A stretch of 64,000 bases of DNA from Spirochaetota bacterium (GTDB taxonomy: Bacteria > Spirochaetota > Spirochaetia > ARS1246). The notes beneath the pieces are model-generated. The model did no database searches and was not told the origin of the DNA. It saw nothing but the letters and a program-made list of their open reading frames with translations. Position 1 is the first letter of the stretch. Every line of letters begins with the position of its first letter. The translations under genes were made by a program, and so were the position numbers. This document shows, in pieces, positions 32,729-41,643 of this stretch. The stretch covers positions 1,140 through 65,139 of the forward strand of contig JAJRYZ010000244.1 of the NCBI GenBank assembly GCA_024275515.1. The letters are read 5' to 3'.

Positions 32729-33702
32729 AGGCTCGTCTCCGTGAGTTTTCTCGCCAGTCGGTTTACCATGATGAGTAGAATGAAACTGATGATATTGTTG
32801 AACAACCCGATCGCGGCCGCGTAGGAGAAGTTGGGATTCGCCGCCGCCAACCCGACTTTGTACACGTAGGTTTGAATGACTTCGGATGTTTTGATGTTCA
32901 GGTTGTTCTGCATGAGAAAGACCTTTTCAAAGCCGACGAAGAGCATACGCCCGATTCTGAGGATGAGCAGGATGATGACCGTGGGCGCGATTCCGGGCAA
33001 ATCGATGTGCCGCATCCTCTGCCAGATGTTCGCTCCGTCAACTTTGGCCGATTCGTGGAGCTCGGGATCCACCCCCGCAAGCGCCGCGAGGTAGATGATT
33101 GTGCCCCATCCCATCGTCTGCCAGATGCCGGTCCAGACAAATACGTGCCGGAACATACTCGCGGCGCCGAGGAAGTCGACCTCCCGAAACCCCAAGGTTC
33201 TGAGCGCCGTATTCACGAGGCCGATTCGAGGGCCCAACAACTTGAAGATGATCCCGACCATGACCACCATCGAGATAAAGTGAGGCGCGTAGGTCACCAT
33301 CTGCACAACTCTCTTGTACCTCGGAAACGGGCAATAGTGGATCAACAGCGCAAGTATTATTGGTATGGGGAATGCGGCAACGACTCCGTAAACGTTAATG
33401 ATAAAGGTGTTCCAGAATATCTGAGCAAACTTGTACGACCGGAAGAAACGGGTAAAGTTGGTGAACCCGATCCAGGGACTTCCCAGAATACCTCTCGCAG
33501 GTATGAATCGCTTGAACGCGATAATATTCCCGTACATCGGGTAGTACATAAAGATCAGAAGCCACGCGATCGGCATGAGCACGAACAGATAGAGTTCCCA
33601 ATTGACCGAAATATCCCGCCATTTGAGTCTTTTTTTTCGTATTTTCTCGATCCGTACCGCTTCACCGGTAAGCGTCGAAGTTGTGTCGATGAGGTCTGCC
33701 AT
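32722..33702 (-). CDS. carbohydrate ABC transporter permease, LplB/MalF-type
   Basis: EAA loop HESAKVDGANIWQRMRHIDLP. ATG 33702 (MADLIDTT...) is preceded by GAGGA. The track start at 33780 adds 26 codons. Confidence 0.85.
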   Translation of the reverse strand: MADLIDTTSTLTGEAVRIEKIRKKRLKWRDISVNWELYLFVLMPIAWLLIFMYYPMYGNIIAFKRFIPARGILGSPWIGFTNFTRFFRSYKFAQIFWNTFIINVYGVVAAFPIPIILALLIHYCPFPRYKRVVQMVTYAPHFISMVVMVGIIFKLLGPRIGLVNTALRTLGFREVDFLGAASMFRHVFVWTGIWQTMGWGTIIYLAALAGVDPELHESAKVDGANIWQRMRHIDLPGIAPTVIILLILRIGRMLFVGFEKVFLMQNNLNIKTSEVIQTYVYKVGLAAANPNFSYAAAIGLFNNIISFILLIMVNRLARKLTETSLW

Positions 33703-34109
33703 CTTGTCCTCGCAAAGCTGCCTGGCGTGTTTGTACGTCGTTGATTGTAGCACCTTGTATTTCCGCCGTGAACCGGACAATAATTAGGAAAAGCGAACAA
33801 AAGTTGTCGGAACCTTCTCCTTTTTTTTTAAGGATCATCGTCGGATCGCGATTACCAGAAGGATGTGCAAAACCTTTAGGTCGTCTCACGCGAAACCCAC
33901 TTCGGGAAACCTGCCCGCGCCGTCGCATCACCGAGACAACACATCCCCGTGACAGGCTTCCGGGATGTCGACCCACAGCCGGTGACGTCCGCCGGTTCGA
34001 CTTTTGCCGCGTATTCGCCTCGGCGTCCTTTTGACCGCTCGACTTGTGCGGGAGTGCCCGTCGTGAAAGAATGTTCACTCAAGCAATAAACGCCAGTTGG
34101 AGGGATGCC

Positions 34110-35921
34110 ATGCCCGATGATCCGGTGCGAATAGCCGTTACCGAACGAAACTTCCCCGACATCAGGTTTCGGACGGCGTCGCCGCTCGAAGCCGGAGCGC
34201 TGCTCCGATTGCGCGCGAACGGTGTGTCGATGTTGAGCTCCGTCGAGATTTCTCGTGTCTACCTTGCCGATTCGCCCGATACCGAGCTCGCGATCGTTCA
34301 TCGCTACCGGCGCGAGGAGATGGAGACCGATTGGATGTGGTACATTCGTACCAAGTCGATGGCGGTCGTCGAAGCTCCTCGCCGTCTCGACGCCGGGATC
34401 GAGGTAATTGTCGAGAGCCGGTACCGTTCGCCGGGGAGAAGCTCGTCCGGCGCAGGGATCATTCAGGTTCGTTATTCGGGATTGACGTGGAAGATGCTGT
34501 TCGACGCTGTGGAATCGGTTCGAAGCGAAAGCGGAACGTCGGTCGCCGAGCCGGCGTCGCTTTTCTTCGTCGCGGGGCCGGTGGATCGGATCGAATCCTA
34601 TCTCAAGCCCGGCGGCAGAGTGCTCGTGACCGGTTTCGACGCGTTCGGCAACCCCGTCGAGGCTGCGCATACCGTCGAAGTCGACCTCGACGCGGACGAT
34701 CGGAGTTCACTCCCCTCCGCCGACGCATCGCTGCAATGGCGCGCAACCGGCGAGCGCATTCGCATAAGCGCACACGGCCGATCCGCCCTTTCCAACGCGA
34801 AGCCCCAAGCGCTCGACGGAACCCCCATCTGGTTCGGCGAGTTTCACTGGCACACCGATTTTTCCGGCGACGGACAACGACCGATGAGAGACGCGCTGAC
34901 CGCCGCCAGGGACGAGCTTGGACTCGATTTTGCCGGCCCTGCCGACCACATGGGACCGAACGGGCGATACGGCGGTATCGATCCGAACAGACAAGCCGAA
35001 ATCTGTCGGTCGTTCGATGAGCCCGGACGATTCGTGACCGTTCCGGCCGCCGAATTGTCGAGAAGGTACGGCCACACTAATCTCTACGCGGACAGTTTCG
35101 ACACTTTCCTCTCGATCGTCGGTCGATTCGAGAAGAATCTCGCCCCGGCGTGGTCGAAGGAACCCGATCGTTACGATTTCGCCTCCCTCGCAAGACTGTG
35201 CGTTGCGGGGAAGAGCGTGATCGTACCGCACCACGCGAACATGGACTCCTTCGTTCGGGAGCACGTGGTTCACGACGACGGGCGGCCGTTCTGGTGCGCG
35301 ATGCACTATCCGCTCCCGCCGGACCGTGTAACCGTACGGCTTTTCGAGATGGTGCAATCGCGGGGAGCCTTCGAAACGGAAGTTGCCGATGATGTGTGGC
35401 GCACCTATGACGGAGGGCTCGGCGGAAGCGCCCGAACGGCCTTGACACGCGGGTACCGCATGGGATTCGTTGCAGGTACCGACAATCATTGCGGATGGCC
35501 GACGCGCTGGGGCGCCGATTACTCCGGGATTACGGCGATACAGGCGGAAATTCTCGATACCGCGGCGCTTTTCGACGCCATGTTCCGGCGTCGCTGCTAC
35601 GCGACCAGCGGCGCGAGAATCGTCGCGGATGTAACCTTGAACGGATCGCCGATGGGCTCGGAACTTTTGCAGTCCCCCGGCGAGGAACGCGTATTCAGGA
35701 TCAAGGTCCGTGGAACCACGGAGTTGACGCACGTTCAGATCGTACATCTCGGCTATGTACTCAAAAACTTCGATCTTCTCCGCGGTTCCCTCGATTTCGA
35801 CGTCGAGTGGGCGGATGATCGTCCCGGGAGACCGCTTGAGGATGCGTGGTACTACGTGCGAATCAGGCAGGCCGACGGACATTGCGCGTGGCTGAGCCCG
35901 TTCTGGGTTGATCTGAGATGA
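34110..35921 (+). CDS. PHP-like / DUF3604-like metal-dependent hydrolase with ~250-aa N-terminal extension
   Basis: His-rich metal motifs FGEFHWHTDFSGDG, GPADH, VPHHANM and GFVAGTDNHCGWP are present. ATG 34110 is preceded by GGAGGG. The track start is TTG 34044. Confidence 0.6.
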   Translation: MPDDPVRIAVTERNFPDIRFRTASPLEAGALLRLRANGVSMLSSVEISRVYLADSPDTELAIVHRYRREEMETDWMWYIRTKSMAVVEAPRRLDAGIEVIVESRYRSPGRSSSGAGIIQVRYSGLTWKMLFDAVESVRSESGTSVAEPASLFFVAGPVDRIESYLKPGGRVLVTGFDAFGNPVEAAHTVEVDLDADDRSSLPSADASLQWRATGERIRISAHGRSALSNAKPQALDGTPIWFGEFHWHTDFSGDGQRPMRDALTAARDELGLDFAGPADHMGPNGRYGGIDPNRQAEICRSFDEPGRFVTVPAAELSRRYGHTNLYADSFDTFLSIVGRFEKNLAPAWSKEPDRYDFASLARLCVAGKSVIVPHHANMDSFVREHVVHDDGRPFWCAMHYPLPPDRVTVRLFEMVQSRGAFETEVADDVWRTYDGGLGGSARTALTRGYRMGFVAGTDNHCGWPTRWGADYSGITAIQAEILDTAALFDAMFRRRCYATSGARIVADVTLNGSPMGSELLQSPGEERVFRIKVRGTTELTHVQIVHLGYVLKNFDLLRGSLDFDVEWADDRPGRPLEDAWYYVRIRQADGHCAWLSPFWVDLR

Positions 35922-35963
35922 TCCGGATTCGGAAGAACCGATGGAGAATACGAGGCGCCGCCA

Positions 35964-36989
35964 ATGACGAAACGTGAAGTCGTACGCGCGGTTCTCGACC
36001 ACAAGCGACCGCCCTATGTGCCGTGGTCGTTTGGGTTTACGGTGGAGGCGCGGAAAAAGTTGATTCGCTACGCGGGGGGCGAGGAAGAACTCGACGATCT
36101 GTTGCAGAATCACATTCTTACCCTTGGAAACGACATCGGGTTTTTCGAACCTCTCGGGAACGACCGCGTTCGCGACGTGTTCGGTGTGGTATGGAACCGC
36201 GAGATCGACAAGGATATCGGGACCGTCGAAGGAGTTGTTCTTTCGCGACCGACGCTCGACGGATACGAGTTTCCTGACCCGCACGATGATCGGTTCTTCT
36301 GCGATATACCCGATAGAATCGCGAACCGGCCGGATCGTTTTAGCGTCTATTCGATCGGATTCTCGCTGTTCGAACGTGCGTGGACACTGCGGGGGATGGA
36401 GAATCTGCTGATCGATTTTATCGAACACCCCGATTTCGTCGGCGAGCTGTTCAATGCCGTCGCCGAATACAACATCGCGCAGGTGGATCGCGCTCTCGAA
36501 TACGATATCGACGCGGTCTACTTCGGCGACGACTGGGGACAACAGCGAGGGTTGATCATGGGGCCGGAACTGTGGCGCCGCCGTATCCTTCCGATCCTGT
36601 CACGGATGTACGGCCGGGTGAAAGCCGCGGGGAAACACGTGATGATCCATTCCTGCGGCGATGTCGACGAGCTTTTCGATGATCTGGTGAAGATCGGACT
36701 CGACTGTTTCAATCCGTTTCAGCCGGAGGTAATGGACGTCCACCGGTTGCTCCCCGCCTATCGTTCCCGGCTTTCTTTCCACGGCGGACTGTCGACCCAG
36801 CGGCTGCTGCCCTACGGACGGCCCGAGGAGGTGCGGCGCGAGACCGAGCGTCTGCTTGATCTCGGCGCCGCCGGCGGGTACATCCTGGCGCCGGCGCACG
36901 ATGTGGAAGGCGATGTTCCGCTTGAGAATATGCTCGCGTTCATCGAGACGGCGAAGGCGCAGAGCGCCTACGCGAGCGCCGCCCGATAG
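35964..36989 (+). CDS. uroporphyrinogen decarboxylase (URO-D/MtaA-like) family protein, paralogue 2
   Basis: Collinear with paralogue 1 (RGMENLLIDF, AVYFGDDWGQQRGLIMGPE, MIHSCGDVDELFDDLVKIGLDCFNPFQPEVMD, GGYILAPAHDVE). Confidence 0.8.
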   Translation: MTKREVVRAVLDHKRPPYVPWSFGFTVEARKKLIRYAGGEEELDDLLQNHILTLGNDIGFFEPLGNDRVRDVFGVVWNREIDKDIGTVEGVVLSRPTLDGYEFPDPHDDRFFCDIPDRIANRPDRFSVYSIGFSLFERAWTLRGMENLLIDFIEHPDFVGELFNAVAEYNIAQVDRALEYDIDAVYFGDDWGQQRGLIMGPELWRRRILPILSRMYGRVKAAGKHVMIHSCGDVDELFDDLVKIGLDCFNPFQPEVMDVHRLLPAYRSRLSFHGGLSTQRLLPYGRPEEVRRETERLLDLGAAGGYILAPAHDVEGDVPLENMLAFIETAKAQSAYASAAR

Positions 36990-37027
36990 AGACCGCGGTA
37001 TCTTCCCCGCCGGCGCGGGAATTGCGC

Positions 37028-37267
37028 ATGCATCGAAATGCGGATACGATTCGACGCATGACCGACGAATCGAAACCGATCGAAGTCTACTGCCCGATCT
37101 GCGGGTTCAAGGAAACGCTCAACGCCGACGACGCCCGACTCGCCGGGCTCTCGCGTGAAGAGAAAATCGCGCGAATCCGCGAGTTTCAAGCTTCCGACGA
37201 ACCGTTCTTTACGTGCGACGGGTGCGACAGCGAGAAAGAATCGGCGAAGATTCTCGAAATCCGATAA
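37028..37267 (+). CDS. small zinc-ribbon protein (CPxC...CDGC), function unknown
   Basis: The translation contains CPICG and CDGC about 40 residues apart. Third codon positions are strongly G/C as in neighbouring genes. The start is ambiguous (ATG 37028 or ATG 37058) and no strong SD is visible. Confidence 0.5.
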   Translation: MHRNADTIRRMTDESKPIEVYCPICGFKETLNADDARLAGLSREEKIARIREFQASDEPFFTCDGCDSEKESAKILEIR

Positions 37268-37351
37268 ACCGCCCGCCGCGCACGCGGCCCGCGACGATCC
37301 CGGGCCGCAGGGAGCCGCGCTCACGATGTCACGGTATTATCGGTCGATCCG

Positions 37352-38239
37352 CTACAGCGTTGTCGGCGAGCCGTTTTGAACGGAACGTTCGGTTGCGTCG
37401 AGAAGCCGCATGATTTCGAGCGACTCTTCAATCGGTACCGGCGCCGCGCCGTCACGGAGAAAAGAGACGATCTGCTTGAGAAGGCCGCTGTAAGCGTTGC
37501 CCATATCGACGATATAGGGCTTTGTTAGGTCTTTCGAGCGAACGAGACCGCCGTAGTGATAGTCGCCCTCGGTCAACTCGACCACGCCGCGTCTTCCGTC
37601 CTTGTACTCGACGACCGCGACGACGCCTTTCGGATCCGTGACCGCAGTGACTTTCGCGGCCCCGACTCCCATCGCTCGCTCGAGCATTTCGAACGCATGG
37701 ACGCCGTACCAGACGATCGAACTACCGGCGGCCGCCTTCCCGAGCGGACCGTACACGGTCGCGAGCGTCGCATCACCGACCGCCGAACAGGCGTCCTCCA
37801 GCTCGGAGACGAATCTGAGCGACGAGGCGGTAAAAAACCGGATACCCTTCTTTTCGGCGATCTCGATAATCCGCTCCGCGTTGGCGGCGGTATCCGCAAA
37901 CGGCTTATCGAGGAATATCGGTTTCCCCAGTTCGGCGCACTTCTCGAAGTATTCCAGGTGATACGCGGGATCGTTGATCTCGATCAGAACCGCGTCGACG
38001 TCGGCGATCGCTTCGTCGAAGCGCTCGGTAACGGTTACTCCCCATGATTCGAGCTTTTGCGTCCGCTCGGCAAGGACTTCATCGCTGGTGAAGGGAGTCG
38101 GGAACTTAAGACAGGTAATCGCCCTCATCCCGGAGACTCGTTGCGCTTCCGGCGTTTCCGGGGATTGGAGTCGTTCGGGAAAGTGAACGGCGTGACTCGT
38201 GTCGAGCCCGATAATCGCGAGTTTCAGATCGGTGGCCAT
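37352..38239 (-). CDS. Gfo/Idh/MocA-like oxidoreductase
   Basis: N-terminal LKLAIIGLDTSHAVHF and the DKP variant of the EKP motif (IFLDKPFA). ATG 38239. The track ORF's upstream 127 codons overlap the divergent nuclease leader and are not protein-like. Confidence 0.75.
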   Translation of the reverse strand: MATDLKLAIIGLDTSHAVHFPERLQSPETPEAQRVSGMRAITCLKFPTPFTSDEVLAERTQKLESWGVTVTERFDEAIADVDAVLIEINDPAYHLEYFEKCAELGKPIFLDKPFADTAANAERIIEIAEKKGIRFFTASSLRFVSELEDACSAVGDATLATVYGPLGKAAAGSSIVWYGVHAFEMLERAMGVGAAKVTAVTDPKGVVAVVEYKDGRRGVVELTEGDYHYGGLVRSKDLTKPYIVDMGNAYSGLLKQIVSFLRDGAAPVPIEESLEIMRLLDATERSVQNGSPTTL

Positions 38240-38411
38240 GATATTCAATAGCTCCTTATGCGTGTCGTTTGCGAGCATGGCGAGGATATCCGCGCTTGTC
38301 TGCTCTTGTCGCCGGAGTATATCATGTCTCGACGGTCGGTTCAAAAACCGTAGGCCCCGGACGGGAGTCGGTTTCACCGGCCGAGGAGACGATTCGGAAA
38401 GGGGGAATTCG

Positions 38412-40319
38412 ATGCGAAACGTCGGCGCGATGCGCGCGTTTGTCATTACCGCACTACTGCTTTTGCCTTGCGTACTTCCCGCCCAGCGCCGCCCCCTCGA
38501 CGAGGCGGCGGCGCTCGCGCGCACGATCGACGGTCTTACGCTCATTTCCGAGATCCAGGGCGCATCGCACCGTTCCGCGTTCGATCGCGAGCGTGTCGAT
38601 CGCGTACCCGGAATCGTCACCGCCGTCGTTCCGTCGCGGGGTTTCTATATGCAAAGCCCGCTTCCCGACGAGTCGCCGGCGACCTCCGAAGGCATCTACG
38701 TCAAAACTCGAAAGGTGCGGGACGTGTCGGTCGGCGATCTCGTGGTGCTCGACGACGTCAGGGTCGAAGAGTACTACCAGAACGGCGTGGCGTCGGGGAT
38801 GCTTCCGGTGACCCGGCTCAAGCTGCCCGATATTACGGTGATCGGATCGGGATTTGCGCTTCCCGAGCCCGTGGTCATCGGCGAGAAAGGACGAATTCCG
38901 CCGTCGGAAGTCTACACGGACGATTCGGGCGGTGAGGCCGGGGGAGACACGGAGCGCAGTTTCTTCGACCCGGAAAACGACGGAATCGACTTCTACGAAA
39001 GTCTGGAAGGGATGCTTGTCCGCATCGAAAACATACGAGCGGTCGGGACGATCCACACACGCTACGGCGAGATTCATGTGGTCGGCGACGACGGCGCACA
39101 CGCGGGGCTTATGACCGGGCGCGGTGGACTGGTGGTACGGCCGGGCGATTTTAATCCCGAACGGATCATGGTCGACGTCATCGAGAATCCCAGCATCGCC
39201 GAACAGCCGCCGGGATTCTCCATGGTCGTCGGCGACAGATTCTCGGGTCCGATTACCGGCGTGATGGATTACTCCTACTACTCCTACAAAATTCTCCCCA
39301 TCCACACGGTGCCGTCGGTGATTCCGGCAAACCTTCCGCGCGAGACGACCGATCTTGTCCCCCGAGACGATCGCCTGTCGATCGCCACGTTCAACGTATT
39401 CAATCTTGCGGGAGACGACCCGCAGGAGCGGTTTGAAGAGATCGCGGGCACCATCTCCGTGGCGCTCAAGAGCCCGGACATCGTCGTGTTGAGCGAAGTG
39501 CAGGACGGAGACGGTGCAAGGGACGGCGACCTGGTGGATGCAACGTACACCGTGTCGCGTCTTACCGACGCGATACGCGGCCACGGCGGTCCCGACTACG
39601 CCTACATCGACATCGCGCCGGAAGACGACCGCGACGGCGGCGAGCCGGGCGGGAACATCCGCGTGGGGTTTCTCTACAATCCGGCGCGCGTGACGCCGGC
39701 GCCGGGCGTTCGCGACGACGATCCGAACCGCGACGTCGAGGCGTCGCCGTCGGAGGAATACGGGGTTGCGCTGACTCCGAATCCCGGGCGGATCGATCCC
39801 CGGAATACGGCTTTTGTCGGATCAAGAAAGCCTCTCGTTGCGCATTTTCTGTTCGGAGATCGGAGCATCTACCTCATCGGGGTCCATCTCACTTCAAAAG
39901 GCGGCGACGGCCAACTCTTCGGGCGAAGCCAACCGCCCGTTCTCGGTTCCGAAACGAGGCGGCGTCGACAGGTTGAATCGATCATCGAGTTTGTGCGCCG
40001 ACTCCTCCGGATCGATCCCGCCGCCGCGCTCATCGTCGCGGGGGACTTCAACGATTTCTGGTTTTCCTCGCCTCTGGTGGAGCTCGAAAAGACCGGCCTC
40101 AGGAATCTCGCGGTTGAGCTGTTGCCCGAGGGCGAACGCTACACCTACGTCTACAAAGGGAACTCGCAGGCTCTCGACCACATACTGGTCTCCGATTCGT
40201 TTTTCGAGTCGAGCCGGCCGGAGGTGGATATCGTGCATCGGTACGCCGAGTACCTCTACGGCGTGCGTCAAAGCGATCACGATCCGATACATGCCCTTTT
40301 CGCTTTCGGCGACGAGTAG
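38412..40319 (+). CDS. secreted ExeM/NucH-type extracellular nuclease (endonuclease/exonuclease/phosphatase fold)
   Basis: Signal peptide MRNVGAMRAFVITALLLLPCVLPAQ. N-terminal ISEIQGASHRS block. EEP motifs SIATFNVFNL, IVVLSEVQD and SDHDP. ATG 38412 follows AAAGGGGGA. Confidence 0.8.
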   Translation: MRNVGAMRAFVITALLLLPCVLPAQRRPLDEAAALARTIDGLTLISEIQGASHRSAFDRERVDRVPGIVTAVVPSRGFYMQSPLPDESPATSEGIYVKTRKVRDVSVGDLVVLDDVRVEEYYQNGVASGMLPVTRLKLPDITVIGSGFALPEPVVIGEKGRIPPSEVYTDDSGGEAGGDTERSFFDPENDGIDFYESLEGMLVRIENIRAVGTIHTRYGEIHVVGDDGAHAGLMTGRGGLVVRPGDFNPERIMVDVIENPSIAEQPPGFSMVVGDRFSGPITGVMDYSYYSYKILPIHTVPSVIPANLPRETTDLVPRDDRLSIATFNVFNLAGDDPQERFEEIAGTISVALKSPDIVVLSEVQDGDGARDGDLVDATYTVSRLTDAIRGHGGPDYAYIDIAPEDDRDGGEPGGNIRVGFLYNPARVTPAPGVRDDDPNRDVEASPSEEYGVALTPNPGRIDPRNTAFVGSRKPLVAHFLFGDRSIYLIGVHLTSKGGDGQLFGRSQPPVLGSETRRRRQVESIIEFVRRLLRIDPAAALIVAGDFNDFWFSSPLVELEKTGLRNLAVELLPEGERYTYVYKGNSQALDHILVSDSFFESSRPEVDIVHRYAEYLYGVRQSDHDPIHALFAFGDE

Positions 40320-40331
40320 CCGCGCACGGAA

Positions 40332-41537
40332 CTACGCGAGGAAGAGCGGAATCGCGACCTCGTCACCGCTCATTCCACCGTGCATCCCGATATGACCTGT
40401 GCCGGGACCTCCGGCTTCATCCACGTATTCGATCGCGTCGGCGGCCGGTGATACGGCGAGATAGGTGCCGATGCGCTCGCGAGTTACCTCGCGGAGCGGG
40501 CCGGGGCCGTAGAGTCTGAGCGCCTCGGCATCGTCGGGGGTGAGCAGTGTGAAGTCGGCGTCGAACCGTTCGCTGAAAGCGGCCGGGAAGCGTTGCTCTT
40601 CGCCCGATCGAACGTGAAAGAGCGGTACTCTCGCCTCCCCGGAGGGCGGGCATTGGAGAAGATCGAGAATCGGATCCCCCGGGTGGAGGAGGTGATGACG
40701 CGATTTCGGTACGTTGATGTGGCCGTGGTCGGCGGTCACTATCATCCGGACCTCGGAAGGCAGCGAGGAGCGTAGACGGTCGAGCAGGCGATCCACATGA
40801 GTGATTTCGCGGACGACCTCGCGCGCGTCCCACCCGTGCACGTGGCTGAGGTGGTCGATCTGCGAGTAATAGAAGTAACTGAACGACGGTTCGCCGAGCT
40901 TGCGGAGGCGTCGTCTGATCCGTCTTCCCGAGTGCGCAAGGCTGCGAAAACCTTCGACCGGGGTGGCGCCGTTCGCCCATTCGGCGAACGGACCGGTTGT
41001 GAACTTGCGAAAGGTAAAAGACCGGCACGACTTGCGGAACGTCGGAAGCAGACTCGTCGCGTGAATCACTTCCGACAGATCTATCGAGAGTTCGGCGAGT
41101 GATTGTTTGGAGAACCTGTCGACCGCCCGCAGCGGTATGATCGTCCTGCCGTGGTCGGGCAGATGGGTGAACCACCCGGTGATTCCGTGGTTCGCCGGCC
41201 ACTCGCCCGAGTAGAGCGAGGTGAGCGCGGCCGCCGTCGTGGACGGGAAAACGCTGCGGATCGATCCGGCCGAATGCGAGCTGAAAAAACCTCCGGCGGG
41301 AAAGTGACGATGCTGGTTCATGCCCAACCCGTCGACGACGACGAACAGGTAGTGATCATGACGGCCGATCAACTCGATCAAACGTCGAACCGATTCGTCG
41401 ATCGGTGTCGGAAGCGGGACGCCGCACAGCGAAGCGATCGCGCGGGCGAGGGACACGCTTGTCGCGCCTTCGGACCTGAGAAGCGTCCCCTCTTCCAACC
41501 AGCCGCCAAGTCTGCGGCGTGAATCGCGGGTATTCAC
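40332..41537 (-). CDS. alkaline-phosphatase-superfamily protein (type I phosphodiesterase/nucleotide pyrophosphatase-like)
   Basis: VVVDGLGMN and SVFPSTTAAALTSLYSG (nucleophile-Thr context), plus TADHGH, are present. GTG 41537 is preceded by GGAGGA. The track ORF adds 62 Arg-rich codons. Confidence 0.7.
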   Translation of the reverse strand: MNTRDSRRRLGGWLEEGTLLRSEGATSVSLARAIASLCGVPLPTPIDESVRRLIELIGRHDHYLFVVVDGLGMNQHRHFPAGGFFSSHSAGSIRSVFPSTTAAALTSLYSGEWPANHGITGWFTHLPDHGRTIIPLRAVDRFSKQSLAELSIDLSEVIHATSLLPTFRKSCRSFTFRKFTTGPFAEWANGATPVEGFRSLAHSGRRIRRRLRKLGEPSFSYFYYSQIDHLSHVHGWDAREVVREITHVDRLLDRLRSSLPSEVRMIVTADHGHINVPKSRHHLLHPGDPILDLLQCPPSGEARVPLFHVRSGEEQRFPAAFSERFDADFTLLTPDDAEALRLYGPGPLREVTRERIGTYLAVSPAADAIEYVDEAGGPGTGHIGMHGGMSGDEVAIPLFLA

Positions 41538-41589
41538 CGTTCCTCCGTGGATTACAGTCGACTTGCTCCTCCGGGCCGCGTCGAAAGTG

Positions 41590-41618
41590 AAAAAAAACAG
41601 GCGGGATCGCTCCCGCCC
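41590..41618 (-). terminator. rho-independent terminator after the binding-protein gene
   Basis: The minus-strand reading is GGCGGGA-gcga-TCCCGCC followed by TG and T8. It sits 26 nt downstream of the stop at 41644. Confidence 0.75.
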
Positions 41619-41643
41619 GTTCCTGAATCGACAAAACGATCGA

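Noticed and set aside
34707-36542. A 611-aa minus-strand ORF spanning two plus-strand genes and their spacer
   Set aside because: It is phase-aligned antisense to both the PHP-like and URO-D-like CDSs, which happen to share a frame. It has no recognisable motifs, while the plus-strand products have clear family signatures.
38199-38620. Mutually overlapping 5' extensions of the nuclease ORF (plus strand) and the oxidoreductase ORF (minus strand)
   Set aside because: Both extensions are Arg/Ser-rich and overlap each other. Internal ATGs at 38412 (signal peptide) and 38239 (Rossmann N-terminus) give sensible proteins and a 172-nt divergent spacer.
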